Shown: one piece after another, positions 9,190-20,400 of the stretch
Layout of the letters: each line of letters opens with the position of its first letter
How positions within the stretch are numbered: the first letter of the stretch is position 1
Origin: an uncultured Candidatus Saccharibacteria bacterium
Lineage (GTDB): Bacteria > Patescibacteriota > Minisyncoccia > Phycocordibacterales > UBA9973
Assembly: GCA_964473175.1 (NCBI GenBank)
Contig: CAYYNN010000002.1
Span: 4,563 to 68,562, forward strand
Direction: 5' to 3'
Length of the DNA: 64,000 nt
Notes under the pieces: generated by a model
Told to the model about the DNA's origin: nothing
Databases searched by the model: none
What the model saw: only the letters and a program-made list of their open reading frames with translations
Translations under genes and position numbers: made by a program

Positions 9190-11133
9190 ATGAATCTTCA
9201 CACAAATTTTACCGATGGATTAAATGATGCTCAAAAAAAAGCGGTCATAACTATTGATGGTCCTCTACTGATTGTTGCTGGAGCTGGAGCGGGAAAAACA
9301 AAAACGGTCGTACATCGTATCGGGCACCTTATTACGACAGGTATTGCTCCTTCTGCTATCCTCGCTGTTACCTTTACAAACAAGGCAGCAAAAGAAATGC
9401 GTGAACGAGCTGTGCATCTTATTGAAACAATTCCGTATATAGAACGTATTGGAAAAGGCGAACGAGAGATCCCATTTGTTAGTACCTTTCACAGTTTGGG
9501 TGTATTCCTATTGCGGCGCTTTGGGGCCTTCAATGCAACCGTCAAACGGTTCACAATACTTGATGATTCAGATACGAGTGCGCTCATCAAAGAAGCGCTA
9601 ACCTCGTTTGGTCTTGATCCAAAACAACACGATCCTCGATCGATCAAAAATACTATTAGTCGAGCAGCGAATGCCTTCTTGGATCCCGACCAGCTCGAGA
9701 GAGAAGCGAATCCGTCCTATCGACTCGCTGGACGTGTGTGGAAAAAATACAAAAGTTTGAAGCAAGAACAAAAAGCACTCGACTTTGATGACTTGCTTAC
9801 ACAAACAGTTGCGTTGTTGGAACACAACGAGGAAGTACGCTCATGGTGTCATTCAACATGGTCACACGTCCACATTGATGAGTATCAAGACACCAATGAA
9901 GTACAGTATCGTATTGCAAAAGCACTTGCGTCACATACTAAAAATTTGTGTGTTGTCGGAGACAGTGATCAAAGTATTTATTCATGGCGGGGAGCAAATA
10001 TTAAAAATATTCTTGAGTTCGAACGCGATTATCCTGAAGCAACCGTTGTCGTACTCGAAGAAAATTATCGTTCTACAAAAACAGTCCTTGCTGCTGCAAA
10101 TGAAATAATTGGAAAAAACAACTATCGTACCCCAAAGAAACTTTTTACCAACAACAGTGACGGAGAAATGGTATCTGTATATACCGCATACGATGAAGTC
10201 GATGAGGGTAACTTCATCGTTGAGCGATGCATAGAACATATCGATAGTGGTATGCAGCCTTCAGACATAGCAGTGTTGTTTCGAACCAACTTTCAATCCA
10301 GAGTACTCGAAGAATCCTTTCTTTCATATGCAATTCCATACCAAGTATTGGGTGTCAGGTTCTTTGAACGAAAAGAAGTCAAAGATGTATTGTGTTATGT
10401 TCGAGCTGCGCTGAACCCAGAAAGTCTGATAGATATCAAACGTATTATCAATGTTCCTGCTCGAGGTATTGGGAAAGTCACCATCGCAAAAGTCTTTGCA
10501 AAAGAAGCCCTTCCTGCAAAAGCAGCATTGTCAGTACAAAAGTTTTTTGATCTTCTAGAAAGGATTCGTGAGTATATGAAAGATCATTGTGTATCTGAAA
10601 GCATCAAATATGTCATCACTGAAAGTGCTATGGATACCTACTACAAAGACGATCCCGATGGAGAAGAGCGTTTGGAAAACTTGGCTGAACTGGTAACACT
10701 AGGGACTCGGTATGACCATCTCGGCAGTGAAGATGGCCTCGAGAAACTGATCGAAGAGGCAACATTGATGAGTGACCAAGATAACCTTCAAAACAATGAA
10801 AAGACCGCAAATGGTGTAAAACTCATGACCATTCATGCTGCCAAAGGACTTGAGTTTGCTGTGGTATTTGTTGTTGGCCTTGAACAAGGCCTCTTTCCAC
10901 ACGACCGAGACAAGAACGCAACTGGTGCCGATGCCGAAGAAGAGCGACGTCTGATGTATGTAGCACTCACCCGAGCAAGACAGAAGTTGTATCTGACCTA
11001 TGCAAGCATGCGAACAATATACGGCATGCGCGATGTGCGAATGCCATCAGAGTTTGTTCTCGATATTCCAGAAGAACTCATCACGAGAGAAACAAGAAGT
11101 GGGGAAGCAGGATTTGCGACGGTGTTTCTATAG
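9190..11133 (+). CDS. pcrA: ATP-dependent DNA helicase, UvrD/PcrA/Rep family
   Basis: Motif I AGAGAGKT, DEYQDTN, and other SF1 helicase motifs. 647 aa. Confidence 0.9.
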   Translation: MNLHTNFTDGLNDAQKKAVITIDGPLLIVAGAGAGKTKTVVHRIGHLITTGIAPSAILAVTFTNKAAKEMRERAVHLIETIPYIERIGKGEREIPFVSTFHSLGVFLLRRFGAFNATVKRFTILDDSDTSALIKEALTSFGLDPKQHDPRSIKNTISRAANAFLDPDQLEREANPSYRLAGRVWKKYKSLKQEQKALDFDDLLTQTVALLEHNEEVRSWCHSTWSHVHIDEYQDTNEVQYRIAKALASHTKNLCVVGDSDQSIYSWRGANIKNILEFERDYPEATVVVLEENYRSTKTVLAAANEIIGKNNYRTPKKLFTNNSDGEMVSVYTAYDEVDEGNFIVERCIEHIDSGMQPSDIAVLFRTNFQSRVLEESFLSYAIPYQVLGVRFFERKEVKDVLCYVRAALNPESLIDIKRIINVPARGIGKVTIAKVFAKEALPAKAALSVQKFFDLLERIREYMKDHCVSESIKYVITESAMDTYYKDDPDGEERLENLAELVTLGTRYDHLGSEDGLEKLIEEATLMSDQDNLQNNEKTANGVKLMTIHAAKGLEFAVVFVVGLEQGLFPHDRDKNATGADAEEERRLMYVALTRARQKLYLTYASMRTIYGMRDVRMPSEFVLDIPEELITRETRSGEAGFATVFL

Positions 11134-11145
11134 ATGCTGTGAATA

Positions 11146-11178
11146 TAAAAACCTCTCATCGTGTGAGAGGTTTTTATA
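11146..11178. terminator. Bidirectional intrinsic terminator (aaaaacctctca tcgtg tgagaggttttt)
   Basis: Perfect hairpin with U-tract between convergent pcrA and gene 11179..11538. Confidence 0.65.
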
Positions 11179-11538
11179 TTATGACGTACCGGTTCCTGGC
11201 ATTGAATCAAATCGCCCATCACTTGTCACAGTAGTGCATGGATCTCCTGTCATGAGACAATTTCCACCTGGTGTATAGGAACCTAAAAGGTATGTCCCAT
11301 AAATATTATTATTTGAAAAAAGCCTACCACTCCCATCATAGGTCAGTGCGAGTACCCCGCCACCGTTGCCGTAAGTATTAATATAAATAAGCATGTTACC
11401 ACTACAAGTACAGCTCAGTGCAGAAGTTCTCATTCCACCAAAGTAATTGCCTGCAAATACATTGCGTGGATAAAAACCAAATACTGATCCAAGTATTATT
11501 GTCAGCCCGAGTAATAGTTTAGAATATTTTTTAATCAT
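11179..11538 (-). CDS. Hypothetical small secreted Cys/Gly-rich protein
   Basis: Signal peptide MIKKYSKLLLGLTIILGSVFG. 119 aa. Confidence 0.45.
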   Translation of the reverse strand: MIKKYSKLLLGLTIILGSVFGFYPRNVFAGNYFGGMRTSALSCTCSGNMLIYINTYGNGGGVLALTYDGSGRLFSNNNIYGTYLLGSYTPGGNCLMTGDPCTTVTSDGRFDSMPGTGTS

Positions 11539-12302
11539 TGTAATATTTTTTGAATATCAACTTCGATGGGTACTGCATTACTTTCTCCATTTGCATTAGT
11601 AATTTTGAGTATAGCACGTATGTATGTTGTGCCATTCGCATGAGTAACTGTTTCTCCGGTGAGGTTGTTGACAAATGACGAGAGAATAGATGTGTATCTA
11701 CCAGAGTACTTGTACTGCAGTAACTGAGAACGCATTTTTTCTGCAGTTGTAAACGTGAACGGGAATGTAAGAGTTGTTCCATCACTACTTGAATATGAAC
11801 CCACACCTTGAGTTCCATCGCTTACTACAACAACCGTATTATTGAACGCCGTAAAACCTGTCCCTTGTATCGTAATACTCTGAGGACTACTTGTAATGAT
11901 CGCTGGATTAATAGTTGCAATAGAAACGGAAGTTGTAACTGGGGCAACAAGTACCGGAGCAGGAGTGTACTGCCAACTGAGCTTATAGATTAGTGTTCGA
12001 GTAAAGTATCCCACTACCCCAGTCGGGGCACTCAGTCCAGCGGGGACAAGGGCATCAACGGCATATTTAATTTGTAAGCGACTGACTGCTTTGGCGGTAA
12101 GTGCGCCAAAATATGTTGATTCGTTTCCTGGAGAACCTGGACCATTTGTTGCGATACGAGTATCAGGATCGCTATTAAGAAAGACTTGCAACTCTCTAAC
12201 ATCTGCCCCCCGACTACCAATACTGAGCGTACGAGTTATTTCAGCATGCGCAACTGCATAGAAACACAGTATTGCAATCAAGAAAATAGATACATATTTC
12301 AT
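11535..12302 (-). CDS. Secreted protein with putative peptidoglycan-binding (PG_binding_1-like) domain
   Basis: Signal peptide then RGADVRELQVFLNSDP...YFGALTAKAVSRLQIKY resembling the PG-binding domain. Start set at MKYVSIF. Confidence 0.5.
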   Translation of the reverse strand: MKYVSIFLIAILCFYAVAHAEITRTLSIGSRGADVRELQVFLNSDPDTRIATNGPGSPGNESTYFGALTAKAVSRLQIKYAVDALVPAGLSAPTGVVGYFTRTLIYKLSWQYTPAPVLVAPVTTSVSIATINPAIITSSPQSITIQGTGFTAFNNTVVVVSDGTQGVGSYSSSDGTTLTFPFTFTTAEKMRSQLLQYKYSGRYTSILSSFVNNLTGETVTHANGTTYIRAILKITNANGESNAVPIEVDIQKILQ

Positions 12303-12350
12303 ACAAAACAGTATACACCGTACTCCAAACAAACCTGCTACACTCTATTG

Positions 12351-13139
12351 ATGAAAGCCAAAAAGTCCCTCGGGCAACACTTCCTCAAGAGCGAAAGAGC
12401 TTTGACGCACATTGTCAATGCAGCAAAACCGACACCTGAGGACTACATTTTGGAAATAGGTCCTGGTCACGGTGTACTGACCGAGCGATTGGTACCACTG
12501 GTCAAAAAAGTGGTTGCTATAGAAAAAGACCGTGAACTTATACCATTACTCACAGAGAAGTTCCGAAACGAAGTACGTGACGGCAATATTGAGATCATAG
12601 AGCAAGATATTTTGAAATGGAGCCCAGAGGCACTTGCTTGTAGTTCATATAAACTTGTTGCAAATATCCCGTATTACATTACCGGAGCAATTATTGAACA
12701 GTTTTTGAGTGCAACACACCAACCAACTATCATGGTTCTCCTCATGCAAAGAGAGGTTGCCGAGCGTATTGTTGCCAGAGACGGCAAGGAGAGTATTCTT
12801 TCTATTGCCGTGCATGTGTATGGCACGCCTAAAATTATCGACAGAGTCCCACCCGGTGCATTTGCGCCCGCTCCTACAGTAGAAAGCGCTATCCTCTCTA
12901 TAGAAAACATTACCAGAGATTTTTTTGCAGACTGTAATGAATCATTGTTTTTTGCAGTACTCAAGTCAGTATTTGGTAAGAAGAGGAAACAGATTGGCGG
13001 AAGCCTCTCCGAGTACCTCGATAGTAGGGAAGAAGCACATCGCATCCTCGATGTGGTATCTATAGACCCCAAAAGTCGCCCCGAAGACATACATATATAT
13101 GAATGGAAAAAACTTGTTCAAGTAATACATACGAAATAA
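12351..13139 (+). CDS. rsmA: 16S rRNA (adenine1518/1519-N6)-dimethyltransferase RsmA/KsgA
   Basis: MKAKKSLGQHFL...ILEIGPGHGVLTERL SAM-binding motif. Start at the internal ATG of the longer ORF. Confidence 0.9.
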   Translation: MKAKKSLGQHFLKSERALTHIVNAAKPTPEDYILEIGPGHGVLTERLVPLVKKVVAIEKDRELIPLLTEKFRNEVRDGNIEIIEQDILKWSPEALACSSYKLVANIPYYITGAIIEQFLSATHQPTIMVLLMQREVAERIVARDGKESILSIAVHVYGTPKIIDRVPPGAFAPAPTVESAILSIENITRDFFADCNESLFFAVLKSVFGKKRKQIGGSLSEYLDSREEAHRILDVVSIDPKSRPEDIHIYEWKKLVQVIHTK

Positions 13140-13166
13140 TGTATAAACGTTGTACAATAGTATGTA

Positions 13167-14060
13167 ATGGAAGATCATCTCAACCGACCGAGTAAGCAGT
13201 TTCTAAAACGTGGCGCGATAGCTATTGGCATTCTCGCCATTATCCTTGTTGTCCAAACGACATGGTTCCGACATATATTCACCAAGAAAAGCTCAAGCCC
13301 TATCGTTGCATCTACCACTGTGGGAGATTTGGTTACCAAAGATACCAATGGTAACGGCATAGCAGATTGGGAAGAGCGCTTGTGGGGACTTGACCCAACA
13401 GTGCTTTATACCAACGGTGTGTCTAATGAATCCATCATTGCCGGCAAGAAAAAATCACTCGGTGTTGCCAACACGACATCAGATGCCAACCTTGACGATA
13501 CTGACCGTCTCGCGCGGGAACTGTTCACACTTACTGCGGCATTAGGTCAGTCTGATGAAGTTGATAGTGCAACATTGCGAACAATTGCTGCAAAACTCGG
13601 TTCTTCTGTAGATATCAGAGCCGTAAGCAATCAATATTCACTCAAAGATCTCCAAACCGTTCAAACAACTATTGCGAGCCTTACAAAATACCGAACTTCT
13701 ATGCAAGCAGTCATCAAAAAATATGATGTAAACACTCCTGATATAGAAGTATTGGCAACAGCACTGCAAAATGAAGACTATAGTGGCCTCCCTCAACTTA
13801 CTCAAAGTGCCGTTATATACCAGAGACTAGCCAAAGAACTCACTGCAGTACCTACACCGATTGGCCTGGCGACCAACCATCTCAGTATCATCAACGGTTT
13901 TTCTGGTATTGCGACATCATTTACATACATGACAGAACTTGATGACAACTCACTCAAAGCACTTGTCGGAGTCGCAGTGTACAAAAATTATGCTAACAAA
14001 CTTGCGATTGCAACAAGTCAGATGAATGATTATTTGATTCAATACGGTATACTGCAATAA
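13167..14060 (+). CDS. Hypothetical membrane-anchored protein (first gene of T4SS-like island?)
   Basis: N-terminal TM (AIAIGILAIILVV). 297 aa. No motif. Confidence 0.45.
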   Translation: MEDHLNRPSKQFLKRGAIAIGILAIILVVQTTWFRHIFTKKSSSPIVASTTVGDLVTKDTNGNGIADWEERLWGLDPTVLYTNGVSNESIIAGKKKSLGVANTTSDANLDDTDRLARELFTLTAALGQSDEVDSATLRTIAAKLGSSVDIRAVSNQYSLKDLQTVQTTIASLTKYRTSMQAVIKKYDVNTPDIEVLATALQNEDYSGLPQLTQSAVIYQRLAKELTAVPTPIGLATNHLSIINGFSGIATSFTYMTELDDNSLKALVGVAVYKNYANKLAIATSQMNDYLIQYGILQ

Positions 14061-14063
14061 CAC

Positions 14064-16436
14064 ATGAATACGGCGCGCAATATTTTCTTCATAGCACTCA
14101 TACTCCTCTTTATACCGACGGCAACACATGCGGCTCCACTTTGCTCCGATGGAACACCAGCACCTGCAGGGAACATTTGTAACTGCGCTGCAGCATTCAA
14201 TGGAGGAGGGAGTAACTTCACCCCAGGGTCAGGATCAAGTCTTACCGGAAACACCTTTGATGGTAAGACTTTCTCAGGTTTAGGTGGAGCATTAATAAGC
14301 TGCCTTAACATCGGTGGTGCTATTTCCAACCTTTCCTCTAACCTCCAAAATGGAGATGGGTTTAGTTTTAAAGATAATTCAGTACAGCAAATCCCTGTCA
14401 ATGCTTCATCTGTAGAACAAGGTACAACTAAAACCGCGAAGGAAACAGCGGCGACAACAAAACGAGAACAGTGTCTCAACGGTGCAGCATATGCCGCAGC
14501 AAAAACATCTCTCCAAAAACTCTCTGACAAAACACTCAACTGGGTCAAGACCGGTTACAACGGCAATCCACTCTATGTTCGAGATATTGATTCATTTATG
14601 TCATCTATTGCAGGAGAAAAACTAAACACGTATCTCAACCAATACATCGATGCGAGCAATAGTCCTGTATTTGGTAATGCACTTAAGTCAGTCATCAAAA
14701 AACAAGTTACTGGGTGGGATGACGGCTACCTCAACAAGGCTATGAATACACCTGAAGGTAAGGCATATACGGCATTTCAATCTGATTTTACTCAAGGAGG
14801 GTGGGGGGCGTTGTTAAATATGAAGAACAATCCTATCGGAGCATATTTTAATGCAACGGACCAAGTGAGCGGTATTATTGGTACAGCGCAACAAAATACA
14901 CAGAACGAACTCCAACAAGGAAATGGTTTCTTGAGTATGAGAAAGTGCGTCGAGTATGAAGACAAGAGTACAAAAGTAAGTGGTACAAATTCTTCTGGGC
15001 CTGATTGCGGAACATTACAAGACCAAGCACAAGAACAATACGACACATGTATGCAACTTGCCGGAAGTGGTCAAACACAACAGGAGCAATCTGCCAGTGA
15101 ACAAATTTGTCAGATAACCCTTACTGCTGCTCAGTCTCAAATAACGTCATCAACATGTAGTCCTGCAAATGGTACGACACCAGTACTTGCAGGTAGCAAG
15201 GCAAAGTGTCTTAAATACGAAACAGTGACCCCTGGATCTCTGATTGCCAACCAAGTGAACGGTGTTTCAAACTCAACATCACAGATATTGATTAATGCAG
15301 ATAAAATCAACGAGACGATTGGTGTATTCTTTGGGCAGTTGATGGACAGACTCTTTACGGACGGACTCAGCGGTACTGGTAATGGTTCAAGTGGAAATAA
15401 AGCTGATCCGAGTTGGTCACTGGGAAATAACGTAGTGACTGGTACTAATGGGAAAACCCTTGCAAGCGCATCATCCTGCCAAACCCCGTTAGGGTACGAC
15501 CCTTCTACTGGAGGGTTTGACCAAGAGTTTGATATTAGTAGACCCCAGCAATTGAACTCAGTTATTGTGACGCAGAAAAACTTCCTTACTCGTATGCAAG
15601 ACGCACAATTTGTGATGAACAAATTTATTCCTCGTCTCGGAGCATTGGACTACTGTATTCCAGGACCAAACCCAACATACAACAACAACCTCAACGAGAA
15701 CGCACAGGCACTTATTTCTCAATTTCAAACACTCACTGAAACATATAACAATGCAGCGAATACAGCCATTCAAGGGGCTCTTGATCCTGGGCATATATTG
15801 ACGGCTGCAGGGTGTGCTATTTTCCCTCGAAGCTGTGATAACACTCCTCATATTGTTGGATATTCAACTACTCGAGTATCTCTTTTTGACAAAGTGACTG
15901 AGGAACAAAAAAGAATTAGTGATCGTATTTACGGAACCGGTGCATCAGAAGAATTGATGAGGTTTTTTCTTAGTGATGTTGTCGTAGAACTCAAAAGCTT
16001 ATTTGCAACCACATATACCGACACCAACATCATCAACGCATTCGTTAGTACTAGCACCAACCCTGCCCAACAAACATTGATCTCCGGGAAAATAAAAGAG
16101 TCTATTAAAATAACTGCTGACCTTCCTGGATATGCACAAGGAATAGCTGGATATAATGAATACTACTCATCTACTATCGAGAACACACAAGCAGCTTTAA
16201 CTGAACTTGCTGCTATATACAAAGATGTGCAAGATATTGTTGGTCCAGCAAAAGCACGATATATTCTCGACATGCAAAACGCAGGTACTCCCGTCAACCT
16301 CTCTTGTATTGATAACGCCTACCGACTCGGCCCAATAGGTACCGGCGTGGCTCATCTAGAAAACATTACTGCCCCGCTTGACGCATTCCAGTTGCACTCT
16401 GCGGCGTCGAGCGCATATTTCTATAGTCATCTATAA
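14064..16436 (+). CDS. Large secreted Cys-rich protein (hypothetical)
   Basis: Signal peptide MNTARNIFFIALILLFIPTATHA. 790 aa with many Cys. No recognised domain. Confidence 0.55.
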   Translation: MNTARNIFFIALILLFIPTATHAAPLCSDGTPAPAGNICNCAAAFNGGGSNFTPGSGSSLTGNTFDGKTFSGLGGALISCLNIGGAISNLSSNLQNGDGFSFKDNSVQQIPVNASSVEQGTTKTAKETAATTKREQCLNGAAYAAAKTSLQKLSDKTLNWVKTGYNGNPLYVRDIDSFMSSIAGEKLNTYLNQYIDASNSPVFGNALKSVIKKQVTGWDDGYLNKAMNTPEGKAYTAFQSDFTQGGWGALLNMKNNPIGAYFNATDQVSGIIGTAQQNTQNELQQGNGFLSMRKCVEYEDKSTKVSGTNSSGPDCGTLQDQAQEQYDTCMQLAGSGQTQQEQSASEQICQITLTAAQSQITSSTCSPANGTTPVLAGSKAKCLKYETVTPGSLIANQVNGVSNSTSQILINADKINETIGVFFGQLMDRLFTDGLSGTGNGSSGNKADPSWSLGNNVVTGTNGKTLASASSCQTPLGYDPSTGGFDQEFDISRPQQLNSVIVTQKNFLTRMQDAQFVMNKFIPRLGALDYCIPGPNPTYNNNLNENAQALISQFQTLTETYNNAANTAIQGALDPGHILTAAGCAIFPRSCDNTPHIVGYSTTRVSLFDKVTEEQKRISDRIYGTGASEELMRFFLSDVVVELKSLFATTYTDTNIINAFVSTSTNPAQQTLISGKIKESIKITADLPGYAQGIAGYNEYYSSTIENTQAALTELAAIYKDVQDIVGPAKARYILDMQNAGTPVNLSCIDNAYRLGPIGTGVAHLENITAPLDAFQLHSAASSAYFYSHL

Positions 16437-16444
16437 TACATCCT

Positions 16445-17449
16445 ATGAAACGAGCAATTACAATTTTCCTTATCATCCTTGTCGTCGTCGGCATTTTCCT
16501 TACTGGAGCATGGCTGATATCTCGACGTACTGCAGTCAAAAACAGCGCCCCAGCACCAACATTTCGTGACTTCATCACTGGAGACTCAGGAAAAGGTGAC
16601 ACACTTACTCCAAATAACGGCGATCTTTCATCTGTGTTCGTCGATGACAACCTCGGTAACACCGATACTGTTGGTGTCGTCGATACAACTCCAGGAACTC
16701 AAGTTGCACAGTTTACCAATGGAGGCACTTCGCCATCAGGAGGTAGTAGTGGGGCCGGCAATACACAAGGTACGAGCGGGAACGGTATCACCACTACAAC
16801 CTCTCCCAATGGGACTACTACAACGACAACTCCAGGAACAGTTCCAGGAACAGTTATTATTACAACCACAACTCCCAATGGGACTACTACAACGACAACT
16901 ACCAGTATCGATCCGACAACACAACCTCCGTCAACTGCACCTGCTACCACACCTGGTCCCGCATGTGGTGACGCAGATCTCAATATTCAGTTTACTGCGA
17001 ATGAGCTCGCCAAGTTACAGGTACTTCAAAACCGTTTTTATGCTATCGCGCAAAGCCTCCACTCTGATGCAGATGTAGCAACTGAACTAGGTAACCATGA
17101 CAACTTCCTGGCAAAAGTTACCAATACCGAGAGTCTGTACCTGTTTTGCGATCAAATAGTTACAACCCAAGGAGCTGGTGCTATTACGAATCCTGCATAT
17201 AAAAAGCATATTCCAACACCCTTTTGGCATAGTAACGGTATATTGGGTACAGACAATGAACTATTTATCGCAACAGATGGTCCCTATGATGGAACACTTC
17301 GTATAGGAATACCTATGCCGAACGGATTCCCTGGAAACCAAGACCCCGGAGATATAACGACCAATCCGGATGACCTACTGTTTACACCCAACAACGTCAA
17401 GCTTGTCTTGCGGTCACTTGAACGCTCACTCCGATTGAACCTGTGGTAG
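16445..17449 (+). CDS. Membrane-anchored Thr/Gly/Pro-rich repeat protein
   Basis: N-terminal TM, low-complexity SPNGTTTTTTPGTVPG repeats encoded by about 29-bp direct DNA repeats (16802-16900). Confidence 0.5.
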   Translation: MKRAITIFLIILVVVGIFLTGAWLISRRTAVKNSAPAPTFRDFITGDSGKGDTLTPNNGDLSSVFVDDNLGNTDTVGVVDTTPGTQVAQFTNGGTSPSGGSSGAGNTQGTSGNGITTTTSPNGTTTTTTPGTVPGTVIITTTTPNGTTTTTTTSIDPTTQPPSTAPATTPGPACGDADLNIQFTANELAKLQVLQNRFYAIAQSLHSDADVATELGNHDNFLAKVTNTESLYLFCDQIVTTQGAGAITNPAYKKHIPTPFWHSNGILGTDNELFIATDGPYDGTLRIGIPMPNGFPGNQDPGDITTNPDDLLFTPNNVKLVLRSLERSLRLNLW

Positions 17450-17479
17450 TAAATACTATTTGCGTGATACACTGTACAC

Positions 17480-20400
17480 GTGGATTCACTCTCTGTCAGA
17501 CGGTTTATTTTTAGAATAAAAAAAAATCTCTCACGCATCTCCAAGACAGCGCTTTTCGCGTTCGTCTTTTTGATTTTATTGGGTGGAAATATATCTCAGG
17601 TCTTTGCGGATGATGCATTCAATGAATACAAGTATCTTTTCAATACAGCAAATAGCAGCATTCCTATAACAGTAGGTGTTAATACGAACACTTTTGCAAA
17701 AAAATCATGGATGGTTGACGGTCAGAATATTTCAGGGATTTGGATGAAATATTCCTATACCTTTGGAAGTGAGACAGGGGATAAAAACGCTGAATACACA
17801 TGGGACCATATTGACGCATTAAATGGTAGTGAAATTTTTATCGTGAGATCTTGTGATACGGGAACAACAGATAACTGCATTTATAGCAAAATTCCATATA
17901 CACAATATGGATATGGAACCGATACCAATATCATATTTCGAGCAAGAGCTAGTGCATACTTTGCAAATCAAACCGTTGATATTAAAGCATCACAATGGGT
18001 AACATCTAGTGATAGTTCTATTGTTCCAGATTTTCTCACAAAACCAGCTCAAAGCGTTAGTATTTGGTATTGTGCATCAAAACCAAACCATGCTGTTATC
18101 GCAGGTGGAGATGATCGCCCTGAACCAAAAGATGCTGCTGACTCAGCAAATGATCCAGCAATTCAGAAATTTGGAAGTCTCTGTGATGGAAGAACATATT
18201 TTAAGATCAACCAAGTAGATGGGCTAAAACCTGTGTCTGCTCAGATAGAATCACAGACACAAGCTACTACAACAAATGAGGCAAGTGGTGGTGCTGGGGG
18301 TGCAAAGGCCGAAGGAGAAGGGAACGACCTACCTTCATGTAGTTTTACGGGAGGAATCTTTAGCGCAGGTAGTTTCATGGGGTGTATTGCTCGAGTCGTG
18401 TATTACGTTGTGTATTGGCCTATTGCGTGGTTTGCGAGTTTAATGGGCAACTTGTTTGACTTCTTCTTGTCTTATTCGCTTTCCGACAGCTCGTACCGTG
18501 CTGAGTTTGCTATCAGAGGGTGGCAGATAGTGCGAGATATATCCAACATCTTCTTTATTGTTATCCTGGTTTGGACCGGCTTATCGACAGTGTTCAACAC
18601 AGGGACAAACATGAAGAAAGTAGTGCCAAACCTTATTTTGAATGCACTACTCATCAACTTCTCACTCTTTGGAACGAGAGTGATCATCGATATATCCAAC
18701 ATCGTCGCTCGTGTCTTTTATAATACGATGCAGGTCTGTGAGGGGAAGTGTGTGGATGCCAACAACGATGGAGTACAGGACAACCCAGCCATTGGTGCCG
18801 GTAAGTCAAAAGCTCTTTCCCAAAAAATAGTTTCTGCATTCAATCCGCAAAAAATATTTGACACTAGTGTAATTGACTCACAAAGAGCTGTTAAAAACGT
18901 TACTCAATCAAAGATTGCTGACAGTGACAGTGAGGTTGCTGGGTATTATATCGTGGTGACCATCATTGCTGCGGCTATTCTTTTTGGTATTGCAATGATG
19001 TTTTGGAGAGTGGCATTTTTCTTCTTGGGAAGAGTTATTGGTCTGTATGTGGCCATGATATTTGCGCCATTCGCATTCCTGGGACGAGGAGGTCTTCCGT
19101 TGGTGAGTGGTATCAAAGAACTGTCGTGGGATAGTTGGCTTTCAGACTTGACCAAATATGCATTGTTAGCACCTATTTTTGTATTCTTTTTATATATTAT
19201 TTATTCATTCCTTGAAACAAATTTCATCACCGTATATACAGGTGTGGTAGGGAATACTTTCTTTGAAACAGTTATCTATATCGCAGTGCCGATGTTGATC
19301 GTCTATTTCATGGTCAAACAAGGGGTTACCATTGCGGAGAATTATGCGGGGAAAATCGGAAAGCAGGTGCAGGAAGGCGCAATGAAGGTTATAGGGTCAG
19401 GTGTCGGTCTCGCAGCGGGCACAGCAGCATTTGCTGGAAGAAATATTATTGGACGAGGTCTTGGTGCTATAGGTAAACAAAAAGTTTCGTATACAGATAA
19501 GGATGGAAAAGAGATCGAAACAACTCGGGCTGCACAATGGGCAGCTAATTCAAACAACAGTTTCTTTGCAAGGAGATGGAACAACACCTACAGTGCATCT
19601 CAGACTGGGTCATGGGATGCTCGAAATGTAAATGTCGCAGGAAAATCCGCTGAAGATAGGCTTTTCAAAGGCCTTGGCCTTAGTGACAATATTAGCGGGA
19701 AGCTCGGAATTGGCAAAGAAAAAGCACTCGGGAAAGATGGTAAGGCAGGAGGTAATGTCATGATTAATAAAAAACGTGATGAAGAAAAACAGAAAGAAAT
19801 AGAAAGTAGAATCCAGACAGCCCATCTATCAGATGAGGATGCTAAGGCGGCGGGCGAGCGCTATAAGAATGAAAAAATTAAGGCATTTGCGGATCAGCAT
19901 TGGACAGAACATGTTGATGTCGATGATATCGCACTAAATTCTAAAGCATATCGTGACCTTAAGACAAAAGAAGAACAAATACAAAAAGATTTAGTTGCTG
20001 CTAAGGCTGCTAATCTACCTGGGGCAACGGCAATACATGAACAAAGTCTTGCAGACAATAAGACTGCACAGGCTCAAACATTGCAGAAGGAAAAAGATAC
20101 AGCAAAAGATACAAAAGAAAAAGACCAAGCTGCATTTCAACAACTCAAGCTTCAGGCAGTTGACCAGATCACAAAAGACAATAAGCGAAATGAGAGCGAA
20201 GCTTTTAAAGATACAGTCAAAGAAGAAAGAGATCGTTTGGATAAGTATGGAAAAATTAAAGACAATAAAAGCTTTACGAACATGATGAGAGCCGAATATG
20301 TTGAAGACTTACAAAATGGATCCTTCTGGGGGGAATTTACAAAATCTGGTTTCGGTTCTGCTGTTAGTAAAACTGCAATTGGATCTATTCTCGGAACACT

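Noticed and set aside
12186-12350. N-terminal 55-aa extension of rsmA
   Set aside because: The KsgA conserved N-terminus begins at MKAKKSLGQHFL. The extension overlaps the upstream minus-strand gene start region.
16566-17078. 170-aa Q/L-rich plus-strand ORF
   Set aside because: Alternative frame of the Thr-repeat gene 16445..17449, produced by the low-complexity repeats.
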